Assembly: GCF_964204645.1 (NCBI RefSeq)
Contig: NC_134029.1
Span: forward strand, 18,470,950-18,534,949
Length of the DNA: 64,000 nt
Source: Tubulanus polymorphus
Lineage: Eukaryota > Animalia > Nemertea
Direction of reading: 5' to 3'
Shown: piece by piece, positions 1-11,808 of the stretch
How positions within the stretch are numbered: position 1 is the stretch's first letter
Layout: every line of letters starts with the position of its first letter
Position numbers and translations under genes: made by a program
Notes under the pieces: generated by a model
The model's input: only the letters and a program-made list of their open reading frames with translations
What the model was told of the DNA's origin: nothing
The model's database searches: none

Positions 1-227
1 ATCCGAATGTTACTGTACAAGGTGCATTTTACAATAGAATTTGTGTGAAACCGAAGGTTCATCTAATGATGTAAATTAGATATTGTAAAGCATAAGTAAC
101 CTTTAAAACAAAAGTTCAAATGCACTTTTACGGAACACCACCATTATCTTATTACCTATTATATAAGATCAAAAATTGGAAATTCATGAATGGGATTATA
201 GGAAGAAAAAATTTGTTCAACTCTTAC

Positions 228-296
228 CCGTCCTTCTTTTAATGCCTTCACAACGTCTCCCATGTTGAATGATCTTTCCGAGACTTTGAATTCTCC
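228..296 (-). CDS. BCAT: BCAT exon 9
   Basis: [23 protein letters not shown]; GTAAG donor. Confidence 0.92.
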
Positions 297-3200
297 CTGC
301 GAAATAAATGATATTACAATAATCGAACGAAATCAATGCCTCAAATTAATTTATTACATACAATATCATCTATGTCCAGACCATATTCATGCTTGCATAA
401 TCATCAATAAGTACAAGCTACCAGCGCAGTAACTCTAGATCAATAAGCTATCTTTAATATATCAGCTCAAAGAGTGATAGCTTATTGGATGGCACCATTC
501 CCAACACTTCCATCTTGATTACAGGGGTAAACAAAATAAGGGTACTTCCAAAAAATCCACTCTTTATTCATTTATTTTTCATTATCACCATATTACGGTA
601 ACGTCAACCCCCGATATACCGCCTACCACCAGGTTTTCTCAATGCACATCTCTATACAAATACTAAGTAAAACTCCCCCGATATACCGCCATACTCTAGA
701 AACCGCCAAAATCATTCTGCATCGATGTGGGCAGTATATCGGGGGTTGACTGCAGTTTGTATGGTTTTCTAGAATGATAGTTTGAACATATACCATGGTC
801 CTTTTTTGCGATCAGCCACAGGAATATCAAATGACTAGTTAGTAAATTCACAATCTTGGACATTAAGTACTTACCCAATTTTGTGCAAGTTCAATCAGAC
901 TTTTCCTGGTTACTCCCGGCAATATGACACCGGTACTTAATGGAGGGGTGATCAATTCATTTTCTAAAAAAGAAATAAATTGATTAGAAATGGTTGATAT
1001 AATCTTTGTTTCAGTATTACGGTACGTAGTATGACTAAGACTTCAAATTGTTTTGTGTAACAGACCCTAGATTTTGAAAAAATTGCACATGCAGAAAGTC
1101 AAAATTTCAACAATTTCTCTATAAATTCTTATGTAATAAAGACATTAGACTCGACGTGAAAAGCAACAAGGCTTATCGGAATAAGGGTACTTGCCTCCAT
1201 TTTCGTTTACCCAATACATGAAAAGGTTCATAGTTCCGACCTCTGTAACTTGTTCATCCTGTCCGTACAACCATAGAACCTGTTGACATCCACGTTCTTC
1301 TGCTATTTGTTGAATATAAGTTGTCGGAGCGTAGTTTCTATGAAATCAAAACATAAAACAAAATATTTTTGAACTCTGATCCAAAAAATTTTAGTATTGG
1401 TACATTGCTGATTTTTAATTGTACAATATTGTTATCACATTGAGATAACAAAGTGGTGTTGCTTTGTTGCTTAAAAACAATAATTGCAACTTACGAGCCC
1501 ATTTTTGTGTTTCCGCTACCACCTGGCCAGGCACGAACGAATGCAGGATCAGCGAGAAGCGAGACCGGTTTCAATCCAGTCGGGAAATACGGACCAACTG
1601 GCGACAGAAGCACGAATAGTAAAGCTTCCTGCGGCGGACGAACTCCGAGCGATGGCTGTAAGATGAAGAAATATAGATAGCGGTTATCGTTATTTTTCAT
1701 CACAAAGTTGTTCAAAGATAGACTTGAATTATGCGGGTTACAAATTGGAATAATACCATCACAAAGGTACATGTATTACAAACTGGGTACAGTGGAACCT
1801 TGTTACGGTCAACTAGAACTAGAAAATATGTTTGTAATAACCCATAGTTCGTTACATACAGTAGGAAATTAATAAAATTGCCTTACTTCAAAATTCTATA
1901 TTTGTTACATCCGATGAACTGTTGTATCCGAGATTGTTGTAACGAGGTTCCACTGTACTTATTTCTATAAATTGTTTCAAATTTTGGAAAGATGATAAAT
2001 AGCTTGATATATACTCACATCTACAGCGATCATCGTAGGACGGAGATACAACGTGCTCGTCGTTGAATAAGGTACCCATTCTTGGTCGATATGAATCAAC
2101 TTTTTCATTAGTTTCACCAAAACATCTCCATCAAATGTCTGTGGAAAGTGGATGAAATTTAACCAGAAGAGATAACGAATAAGAATTAAGTTCTACATAC
2201 CGGTAAGTATAAGTCTAAATGATTGACTGTAAATAATTTCCGATAGAACTGGATCAGCCAGATTCAATATGGAGTAGGTTATTGAATTACGAGCTTGAAT
2301 TTGGAAAATTGTGGTTTTTTTTAAAGATTTCTAATTAAATACAGGAGTCAGGACTTTAATCGAAATTCGATCAGTTAATTCAAACCGACGTCACCTCTAC
2401 ATTTATACGAAAATGGCCAGTTTCAGAAAGCTTTCAAATCGGGTTCTTACACGCTACTTACGGGTAAAGTGGCCCTCACAGCCGAACTGTTCATTCGAAT
2501 CATGTTTTCACGCGGGCGAAACATTCGAATTTTATTATCGACTCCCCTGTATGCTTTCATACCTTCAAACAACTGTTTAAAAAGATACCATTTATATCAA
2601 ATAACGAGTAAAACATTTTCAAAAAAAGATTAGGCGTTAACTGGTAGGATCCTCCCCCTGGTTAAGGATTTTTTCAAGGACTTTTCAAGGAAATTCTTGA
2701 GACAATTTCTTTAATTTCGAAGAATATCAGAAAAATGTTTCCTCAAGAGACCTTCTAATTTCTGTAACAGATTCATAACAACACTTATCAGTCTATTTCT
2801 GATGCACTCTTAAGGTGTATCTGAATTTTCTTTTTTCAATTTTTCCAATAAGGCCTAGTAGAAATTTGCTGTGCAGGGCTTGAATTTGGGTAAAGATACC
2901 ATTAAAATCAAATGATGAAGAAAAATAAACATTTTCTTGCACAAAAATAGCTTGTGTTTTACTGGTGCTGTCGGGCCTACAAACATTGCTTGTACCGACG
3001 ATTTCTTCAAATTGCACACATTTTAACATTGTAACTTTAGCTACATTTGATTGATATTGTTGCAATTTTACAAAATCTTCCTCTTCAAACTTCAGAATGG
3101 CCTACTTACTTCATTCGCGTAATGAAGAACTTTCGCTCCGGGATGTAACTGCAATGGTTTGACGGGATGAATGCGAGGACTAGCCCAACCGACAGTATCC

Positions 3201-4499
3201 TTCCAATGTATGGATAGCATATGATCAGAAAAAGTCTGTCCGAAAACTAGACCATCTGGGCTTGGTTTCTCAGCTGGCTTATCTGTTAGTTCGACAGTTA
3301 ATCCTTCATACTGCAAAGACATAATCAAGGACAAAATATCTTAACAAATTATGATATATGAAATTTTCATTTTGCTATAGGCCTATTTGACTGATTTACC
3401 ACACTGGGGACATACAATTACAGGCTATTCTTATCAGTCAAATACAGCGAACTGTCACTAATTTCTGAGGGAAAGCAGGGAACTTCAAAATAATCTTTCC
3501 CGATTTGGATTTCAATTAAGTTAATAAAAACAAACCAATTTGCTTCTAAACTTTACACCTGGGGCTGGTTTTACAGACTGGTATCAACTCCTAACAGGGG
3601 ATTACTCAATTAGAATTCTAACCCAGAACAGTGGAATCAGATCTCTGTTTACTTTCGCAAGCAATGGCGGCAGGCAAGATTAATAAACTGAATTGTTAAT
3701 CACGAAACTGAAGTTTATCGGCACTCAAAACTTACCTTCAGTGGAGCTAAACTCAATGAACTGCATCTTCTTAAACTATTTTGGGAAAGTGCCTTCAGGA
3801 GAATATTACCCAAAACATTCTTTGACTGAAATTTCAATGGACATCATCTCACAAACTAAGCTTTTGATCAATTAAGTCTTATTGAAAACATGAAGTAAGC
3901 CTAACATATCTACATTGTGCAGCCACGACTATCGGCAGCCAAGTTTGTCTACTCATCTTCATAATAGGCACCTTTCGCCCTCTCTCCACCATTGACAGTT
4001 TATTGCCAGAAGGTTACGTCGGTGAACGTAAAAATACAGATAGAGCAAAAAATCAAGATGAAAATACTATCAAACCATCCTCGATGCCAGGGTCTGATTG
4101 CCTCTCTAAAAAATCTCAGGCTTTGTAATAGACAATGAAGGGTGTGTGGCCAGCATTTGTGTTGGCGTAAGCTTCGTCGGTTGAGGCAATCCAACCCTGG
4201 CAAGTGAGGATGTAGGCCTATCAAATAATTTTGATGAAACACTCTCTGCCCAGTTTGAAACGACAATAGAGTAAAATTCTAAAGCTTAAGTTAATTTCAA
4301 ACGTTTCGAATTTATTCTTTAGGCCTAATAGTTATCTTCAGGATGCTATCAATAAAGTAAACTTGAATTGAATTGACGACCGTCACGAATGAATGATGTT
4401 CGATAAAACTTCAAGACGTTAAATTTACGAAATACGCCGATGCTCAAATATCGCGGAAGACCTAGGTATACTCACCTGCGACATTAGAACGCACTTCAT
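228..4499 (-). CDS. BCAT: Branched-chain-amino-acid aminotransferase, multi-exon, 3' end outside the window
   Basis: Hand-spliced, phase-compatible exons: 4499-4476, 3825-3736, 3310-3110, 2572-2462, 2138-2019, 1655-1495, 1337-1195, 963-875, 296-228. Class IV PLP aminotransferase motifs: [16 protein letters not shown]|[33 protein letters not shown] (catalytic Lys), [17 protein letters not shown]. Confidence 0.96.
875..963 (-). CDS. BCAT: BCAT exon 8
   Basis: [30 protein letters not shown]; GTAAGT donor. Confidence 0.95.
1195..1337 (-). CDS. BCAT: BCAT exon 7 (GC donor)
   Basis: [47 protein letters not shown]; ends G|GCAAGT. Confidence 0.92.
1495..1655 (-). CDS. BCAT: BCAT exon 6 (catalytic lysine)
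   Basis: PSLGVRPP...SPVGPYF...[15 protein letters not shown]. Confidence 0.95.
1790..1955. mobile_element. Tc1/mariner-pogo-type MITE in a BCAT intron
   Basis: TA|CAGTGGAACCTTGTTAC ... GTAACGAGGTTCCACTG|TA: inverted termini and TA duplication. Confidence 0.8.
2019..2138 (-). CDS. BCAT: BCAT exon 5
   Basis: [40 protein letters not shown]; GTGAGT donor. Confidence 0.95.
2462..2572 (-). CDS. BCAT: BCAT exon 4
   Basis: [37 protein letters not shown]; AG/GT boundaries. Confidence 0.95.
3110..3310 (-). CDS. BCAT: BCAT exon 3
   Basis: YEGLTVELT...[14 protein letters not shown]...[13 protein letters not shown]; AG/GT boundaries. Confidence 0.95.
3736..3825 (-). CDS. BCAT: BCAT exon 2, transit-peptide-like ([30 protein letters not shown])
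   Basis: tttcag acceptor and AAG|GTAAGT donor; 90 nt open; rich in S/L/R/K with no acidic residues. Confidence 0.75.
4476..4499 (-). CDS. BCAT: BCAT putative first coding exon (MKCVLMSQ)
   Basis: ATG, 8 codons, then a strong CAG|GTGAGT donor; phase 0 fits the next exon. Confidence 0.6.
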
Positions 4500-5352
4500 G
4501 TTTATGTCAGGCGTTGAATCGGCTTAAAACAGCAGAAAATTCGAAGAACCAGGAAATAAAATGAGACTGTTAGTGTTGCGCAGAAACCGTAAAGGACTGA
4601 AACTGGTGACCGTGACGAATTATAAATAATAAAACAAATTCTTGACATTGCAAGGTGTTAAAATCAGTCAAATTATTTTTTTTCCCTGGATGATTAATGA
4701 TCAGTATTTGACAGTAAGCTTTCTGTTTTCAAGATCAATAATCAATGATAATGTTGATGGTGTCTACATGAATTGACGCGACATAGTATTTTCTTCCAAT
4801 TTCGAGGTTTCATCGATTAATTCACGTAAAAATGATCATTACAGGTTAAAAATTTCGTTTGTTTACAAATTTAACCAGTAGCTATGAGCTAACTGATAAA
4901 GTAATATCTTATGACCACAGGGACTTGACGCAAAACGATTTTGACACCTAGTATCCTAGGTCTTTTTCTAGGCTAGGGCTAGTAGGAGGAATAGGATACT
5001 GCCACTGGCCCCTGGGGTCAAAATCCTTATGTGCTAATGACTAAAGATCGGTGAGGTTTTAATCTTGTTGGCTATGCGTGCCACGGTTCCTTCTCTGGTA
5101 GTAGAGATATATGCCACCAATGACCGTGTAGTGTTCAGGTTCAGTAGTAGCGGTTTTTGTATTGTAAATCCAATTTTCTACTCTTCATATAGTCTAACCG
5201 GTCTAACTGCAGTTTGGGTCACCTATCCACTGGGTGGTGCTAGTGTTATTAAAGAATAGTGTTATGGTAAGGTTAGGTACATAACCATTAGGGACACCTA
5301 AACTGCAGTCATACCGTCTAACCTAACTGGTACTAGGCTACATTATCTGCTG

Positions 5353-5546
5353 GGCTCGGTTTCACAAAAAAGTTAAACGCAAATTTTTGGTGTAATTCCC
5401 AGTGGTTACTTCATGTTATCATGGTTTTTTTTATGGAGGACAACAATTCAAACTTAACTGTTTTTAGTCTAGTACCTAGCCGTCGTTCCACGAACCTGTA
5501 ACAACGACTGGTATTCAGACTAAACCGTTTTTCGTGAAACTGGGTC
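5353..5546. mobile_element. MITE with CTG target duplication (Harbinger-like)
   Basis: CTG|GGCTCGGTTTCACAAAAAA ... TTTTTCGTGAAACTGGGTC|CTG. Confidence 0.6.
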
Positions 5547-6339
5547 CTGGTCTTGCTAATTTATTGAGACTAGTGGTCATGGACTATCTTGGGTTTTAAT
5601 CCATCTCCTGTCATTGTGTACTAGTCTCTGCATGTTGCCAAAAAGAGCCAATTGTTGACCTCTTAATATGTTCTACATCATACGCCTGAATACCAGAATA
5701 TAGCTTACCGCCTATTTTTAATCTAGAAGATTTCTTTTTAGGCTTGCATTTTCTTGTAGGTTTAGAAAAAAGTAGTGTCTACATCCACCTGGTGCCTTTT
5801 ACGTCTACTCTAGGTCTATGGGTCAAACAAATTTCTATTGAAATTAGTTAACAGCAGAGAACAATTATTATCAGCTATAACGAATCTTGGATTTTATCCC
5901 AAATAAGAAGACCAATGTTTATTTGTTTGTAGAAATTCAGATTAAAGATCATATTTTGTATACTTTTAGTAGACTCTATACGATGAAAGTCTATCCATTT
6001 TCATGCCAGAGATCGCTTCGATAACAGCAACAATAACATTTTTCTGACAACAAATACATGTATAGACTTCAGACTGATATAAATCTCCGTGTTCAGACTT
6101 AATTAGCAAAACCCAGGGTTGATGATTTGATAATTCATCCTAATCTGACAGTTTCAGGGATTATCTAAATTTCATCATCAGAGAGACTCAAAAATAAAAT
6201 GATATTTTAGTTTAGAATAAATTATTAAGTCATCAACAATGGGATTTGCTAAGTAACTATATTGAATTCGTGATAATGCCAAATTTATTTGAACATGATT
6301 AAGGATTTCTAACTGTAGATATTATGAAATAATGTCAGT

Positions 6340-6686
6340 CATGGTTCCCACAGCACAGGGAAATTGTGGAAAACTTGGGAATTTTGTAATGATAAACCAC
6401 AGTTTGGAAATATTTGGGAATTTGAGAAATTCTCAAATCAGGAAAATATTTGGGAAATTTATTTACATTTCACGTATCGCATCATCCAGGGCAATTTTCT
6501 TCAGCGATGTCCTTAGAAAATTATCTTTATCAACCAGTTACCATTTAAAGGTTGACTGTAGTATGATCATATCTGTTCGTCTTTATGAAGGCCCCCATTT
6601 TCCATTTGTGAAAATTGAAAAATCACCCATGAAATATTTGGGAAAAACCTGGGAATTTATAATTCATGTAACTGTGGGAACTATGG
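6340..6686. mobile_element. Non-autonomous TIR element
   Basis: CATGGTTCCCACAG ... CTGTGGGAACTATG inverted ends; repeated TGGGAA motifs inside; no clear TSD. Confidence 0.5.
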
Positions 6687-8633
6687 TATAAGATATTGGA
6701 TTAAAGTGATCTGGATTTTAAGCAGACTTAACTGAAGCAGCATCTTAACATGCCTTGCGATGCTAGTTAATCAAATTTTGACGGAATCATACTGACTGAT
6801 TACTCCTAGGTTCTAATGTACTGTATGGATGGTTGCAGACTGCTACACTGAGCTGCATGGATTTTTTTCTAATGCATATGCCTGCACATTCAGTCAGAAT
6901 GCGTAACCATCCTATTTCTGATTTTGGTTCGTTCGTTCGTTGCAGGCTCTTCTACTAGCGGATGATCGCATTTACAAGAAAGCTCGCCGCGCAATCGACT
7001 TCAGGATACTACTTACTTCTCCTCTGCAACTCTCGAAAACGCAACTAATTCTTCAAGGTAAAACGCATCTCTTATTTGCAATGTTTATCGCGTCATTCGT
7101 TTTATTTCGAAGAGGGATAATTTGATGAAGAAATCATGAATTGATGATCAATAAATCTTTTAATGAGTTGATATTGGCTCAATAGCAAGAAATAGATGTT
7201 TGAAATTCAATTTCCCCGCTGATATCTATGATAGGATATATGGATTGCGATAATCACGTGTAAAAGAAAGGAACTTTGAAAAATTTGAACATGTCAGGCA
7301 TTTTAAAATCCGAATCAGGAATGGTTTAATGTCATTCGAGCATTATCAATAACAATTAGCAGTTTACTTAGCAGTTAATCAAGCATTATTGATATATTTA
7401 GCAATTTTTTTCGGGAAATGTGATGTTTATTTTTTAGCTCTTTTCATACCTCTGGGACAGCAATGACACCTTTTCTATGGCAATAAATCGAGCTTAGACC
7501 AACTTTTGACACAGACTAAAGTTATTTTAGCTGAGTTAACTTTCGCTGGCCATTTTCTCGTTTTACAAGAGTCTTGCAGCTATATTCATTTACACATGGT
7601 ATTGATTGTGAAACAAACACCCCCCCCCCGTACTATCCTCCAAGCCATGGGGATATGATTTTTACTGAATATCATCGAAAATTACAGCTATGGACCTAAT
7701 TTGGTATCCCAAATTATTTTTTCTACAATTATGTCTTATGCCAATATAGATGCCTCGGGCTACAGCGATTTGTTGTGGATTGTGTCATTTTAGGCTTAAA
7801 TGATAATAAAAAGATATCACGTATGCCGTAGAAATGTGCTTACTTTTACTATCATAAAAGTGCTTACAAAGTGGTTAATTTTTCCTCAGTGTGACTGACT
7901 TCTGAAGAACCCTGTTATGATAAGGACGATGATAATTTATTTCCAAAAAAATGCTTTGTATTTCATAAAGCTTTTTTATAGAAATTAAAAAAACTAGCAT
8001 TTCTGGCCAAAACAGTAGAATGAATGAAATGATGTGTTACGGCAGCTTTATATTTATAGAGCTAGGAAAAATTCTCTGAAATATTTCTCATGGAGATCTG
8101 AATGGATTTCGAGGACCGCATTCGACGCGATTTGATCTATTGCGAGGTTTTCGATTTGTAAACGATGAAGATCACCTGGATGTTCGTGAATTCAGGTGTA
8201 TTCACCCGGTGAAGTTTTATCAATGAACTGCACATGGTTAAACACACGGCGATTGGTAGATTCTAGGCCGTATAACACGTGCTCAACACATAATTCCTTC
8301 CCTCTCCTCTCTCCCTCACCTGCGATTGTGGTATGTTTTAGACTGCGTTGAGAGGGCAATGGATTCTGTTTGCAGTTTTATCTGAGGCAAGTTAGTTTTT
8401 ATAAGCGTTTTCAATTATTTTTGCGTCGTATTTCAATTATTTGTTTTTCTTGAAAAAAAAAACGATCGTCAGCAAAAAGTAAGTAAATCTTTGAATAATC
8501 GTCGGTATTTTCTTTACGTATTAAAGATGTGACTGAGGTGTTGAAAGATTTTTAAAAAGATGTACGTATAGATTAATTATGCCGATGTTCTCAGGAGTAA
8601 TTACACACTTGACACCTCCGAGGATAAATTAGA

Positions 8634-8741
8634 GGGGCCAGATGCTCAAAAGTTGGTTATAGTTAACCGGTGGATAAATGCATTATTACCAATATGATAA
8701 GTCCACCAGTTAACTCTTACCGACTTTTGAGCAACCAGCCT
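8634..8741. mobile_element. Foldback MITE, same family as 47230-47366
   Basis: GCTCAAAAGTTGGTTA ... TACCGACTTTTGAGC inverted arms shared with the second copy. Confidence 0.65.
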
Positions 8742-9270
8742 CAGAATTATGCAGAATTCAAACTTTGAACAGGAGGATTTGTTCTCCTTCTGCCACAATA
8801 GCGAGTTAGCCAGCTATTCGACCACTGGTGGGAACAATTTTTGTTCGATAGATTTTTGATTTCATGCTTATTTTGGTTCTTCACAAACCACCTAACCTTC
8901 TGGACGACGAAATGATACATGGCGTTTGATTATGAAATTGAAAGTTGGAGTACATGTATATTTGGATGATCGGTCGGATTTAGATGATTTTTGTTCTCCG
9001 GAAATGCAATATACATAGGCCTCATTGTAAATTTTAGTTCCAGTTCGTGTAAACAATCTTCCATCTACTCCAAGCATTCAAGTGACTGATGGGGTTTATC
9101 TTTGTTGGTTGTCTAATTTCAGATTGACAAACTGAAGTAGGTAACTAGCGTTTTGGACATTATGATATTATTATTGGTTGAATATATGGGTTGAAATTGA
9201 GATATTTTTAGGGGTTACCGGTATGCCAGGCACAAAAGTATGATAGAAATCCTTTTGAAAAGTATATATT

Positions 9271-9521
9271 CAGGGGTGGATCCAGGGGCAGACTAAGACA
9301 GGAGCCGAAAGAAATGAAAAGGGCATGTAGACTGAAAACAATTTAATTAAGTATCCACGCAGCCAAAAACAAGGGTAATGAAAGTTTTAAACTTTCAGTG
9401 CATTTTTACACAATTTCTAGGCACTTGAAGGATATTTGAAATAAGAATATAAGCTAAATCTCTATGTGGCAGACTGCTATTTTATAAGTTGCGGGTGGAA
9501 AAATTGCCAGAAAATATTGCC
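9271..9521 (+). mobile_element. Dispersed repeat with CAGGGGTGGATCCAGG terminus
   Basis: Aligns by eye with the reverse complement of 57121-57341 (GGGTGGATCCAGGGGCAGACT, AAATGAAAAGGGCATGTA, AGAATATAAGCTAAA, GCAGACTGCT). Confidence 0.7.
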
Positions 9522-10032
9522 ATTGCATTTTCAAAAGGGCGCGGGGAAAATTGCGACGGGAGCACGTGTGCTCCTTGTGCTCCTGTCTCAGGGTTTCCAG
9601 CAGTCCTTCCAAGTCCTTCCAAGTCCTTCTTTTGGAAAAAGTACCCTGCGGAAAAATATTTCAATGTTTAAAATTGTGAACTTTCAACCTTGAAATAAGG
9701 AAAACAAATGGAAGAAAAAATAACTTCTCGCGTTTTTCGTTTCGCTTCGAGAATCTAGTTAGTTTTAGCGGTTCTCCCCGCTGAGTTGACTGAAGCTCGT
9801 GATCGAAGCAATCTTGACTTGTGAAAATCTGTTTTTCCTTTTTTTGCCGGAGCATAGCTGTTACTAATTACTTAGATTTTCTCGAGAAAGATGTTCGCTA
9901 TTTGCAAGCTGGGAAATATACTTATTTCAGCTACAGTAAACTTTGGCGAACTCGACAAATTGAGGAATATACGAATTCACCGTTGAAAGTAACCGAAGGA
10001 AATCCGGACCTGGTTGCAAACATAACCCAAAG

Positions 10033-10530
10033 GTTTAGTTTAGTTTAGTTTATGTGGGAACTCATCAATTACTTACAAGGCAAGTTGCAAAGAAAAATAC
10101 ATACACTATGAGCATGTTAGGGGTTCGAAAAATCCTAATGATTGTCGAAGTTTAACCCCTCCATAGATATGAGTACAAACTCTACAGTACAAAAAGCGGA
10201 GGAATCAGTGACAGCATCGAGGGTCTAGCACAGTGACGATGATATAAAAAAATAATGAAGTATAAGCTTAGACAACTTTTGTTTACTTCAGGTGATAACA
10301 AGAAAGGAGATTGAGTGTGGTTAATGGATGGTTGCAAGAGATTAATGCATGTATTTTGAAAAATAAGGTGGCGCTTATGATGACGCTTGAAAAAATTTAG
10401 AGATGGCCTATTACGAATGATTAGAGACAAAGAATTCCATAATCTCGGTCCTAATATATACTGATTGAAAATGACCGCTATGGAATAATTGAATATATGT
10501 ATCCTGTGTTCTCCATACGCTGGCATTTTG
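10033..10530 (-). mobile_element. 5'-truncated CR1/L2-group LINE 3' end
   Basis: GPRLWNSLSLIIRNRPSLNFFKRHHKRHL resembles the ORF2 C-terminus of CR1/L2-group LINEs; followed by a 3' UTR and an (AAACT)n tail at 10033-10052. Confidence 0.65.
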
Positions 10531-11551
10531 AAGGGGCTGCATTCATTAAGTATAATGATATCGTGGTTGCTAAAGTAGCAAGACTTTCAATCCCCCCCAA
10601 AAATTACAGAAAATTAAGCTGAATTTTGATGTTATCTATTTTTATACATTTCAAAGGAATTATCAGAGCCTCTCTCAATCCTGTTGTGGAGATCACTGGC
10701 ACCAAATATTTCCTCCAGGATACATTATGTGCAGCACATTTTAGAATATCCTGTGCCCCACGTAAGTATCCCTCAGAAATACAAATTTTACCCCGGAAAA
10801 TTATGATATTTCCTTCAGGATACATTACGTGGGGCATGTTAGAAATACAAATCTTACTCTGGAAAATTATGATTTTAACTCACAATTCTGTGACTTCTCG
10901 GTAGTAAGACGAATGAAAAACCTGAACGTCTGAATCAGTGCACTCGCTGAATGTATTCTTTTTAGACATCTCGATTAAAATTGCTATTCAATACATTGAC
11001 GTAAGGCTTTCAGATGTTTTCAGGGCTCTATAGAGTCTGCACGGTACCTGGGAAAAGATTTTTACGTCATTATTGATAATCTGGTCTAGTATCGGGCCCC
11101 TATCGGTATGACGTCATGTTTTCATCAGGCCATCCCCAGGAAAAGCTTGTTCCCTGTGTATGTTTACTAAACACTGGTTTTCGGTTTCGATTTCTTTGGA
11201 AACGGTATCAGGAATTCGTGAAAATTAGTTTTTTTAAATTTCGGTATCAGCTACGCTTTCGTGGATTCTATAGAAATAAAGGAATTAAAGGAAATTTGTG
11301 TGATGTCATTTCTGAGAGGTCTTTTCTATCGCTATTCTATTGAGATTCGCATTGCGACTTGTGTTGACCTATAGCACCAAATGAATTATGTCCGGATAAC
11401 CCACCCTTTCAAAACTCCCATACCTATAAAATATAAAACGTAATTTCGTAAGTTGTAACTTATAAAACCTTCTTCTTAAGTCGTGGCAGTTCAGGAATTC
11501 TGTTGAGAAGGGAAAAAAGGTTACAATTTTTTGTTTAGTTTTCATTGATAT

Positions 11552-11808
11552 GAGGAGCAGATCCGAGGGGAGGGCGCAGGGGTAAACCCCCCTAAAAATG
11601 TCAAGTTGCCCTGAAATTTCACCGGAAAATGAAATATATTAATCTGATACCCTAAAAAAGTTTAAATTCATAAACCTGTCGTCTGTGTATCCAAAAAATT
11701 AGAAATCTTTTCCGATGAGTTTCCTTTCCGGGGGTGCCCTATTGATTAGTGATGTGCCCTATTTTGGGGATCCACCCTTCCCTGAATCAGACCCTAGATC
11801 CGACCCTG
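11552..11808. mobile_element. Non-autonomous TIR element inserted in the GPCR 3' end
   Basis: ATAT|GAGGAGCAGATCC ... AGATCCGACCCTG|ATAT; absent from the paralogous fragment near 13610. Confidence 0.7.
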
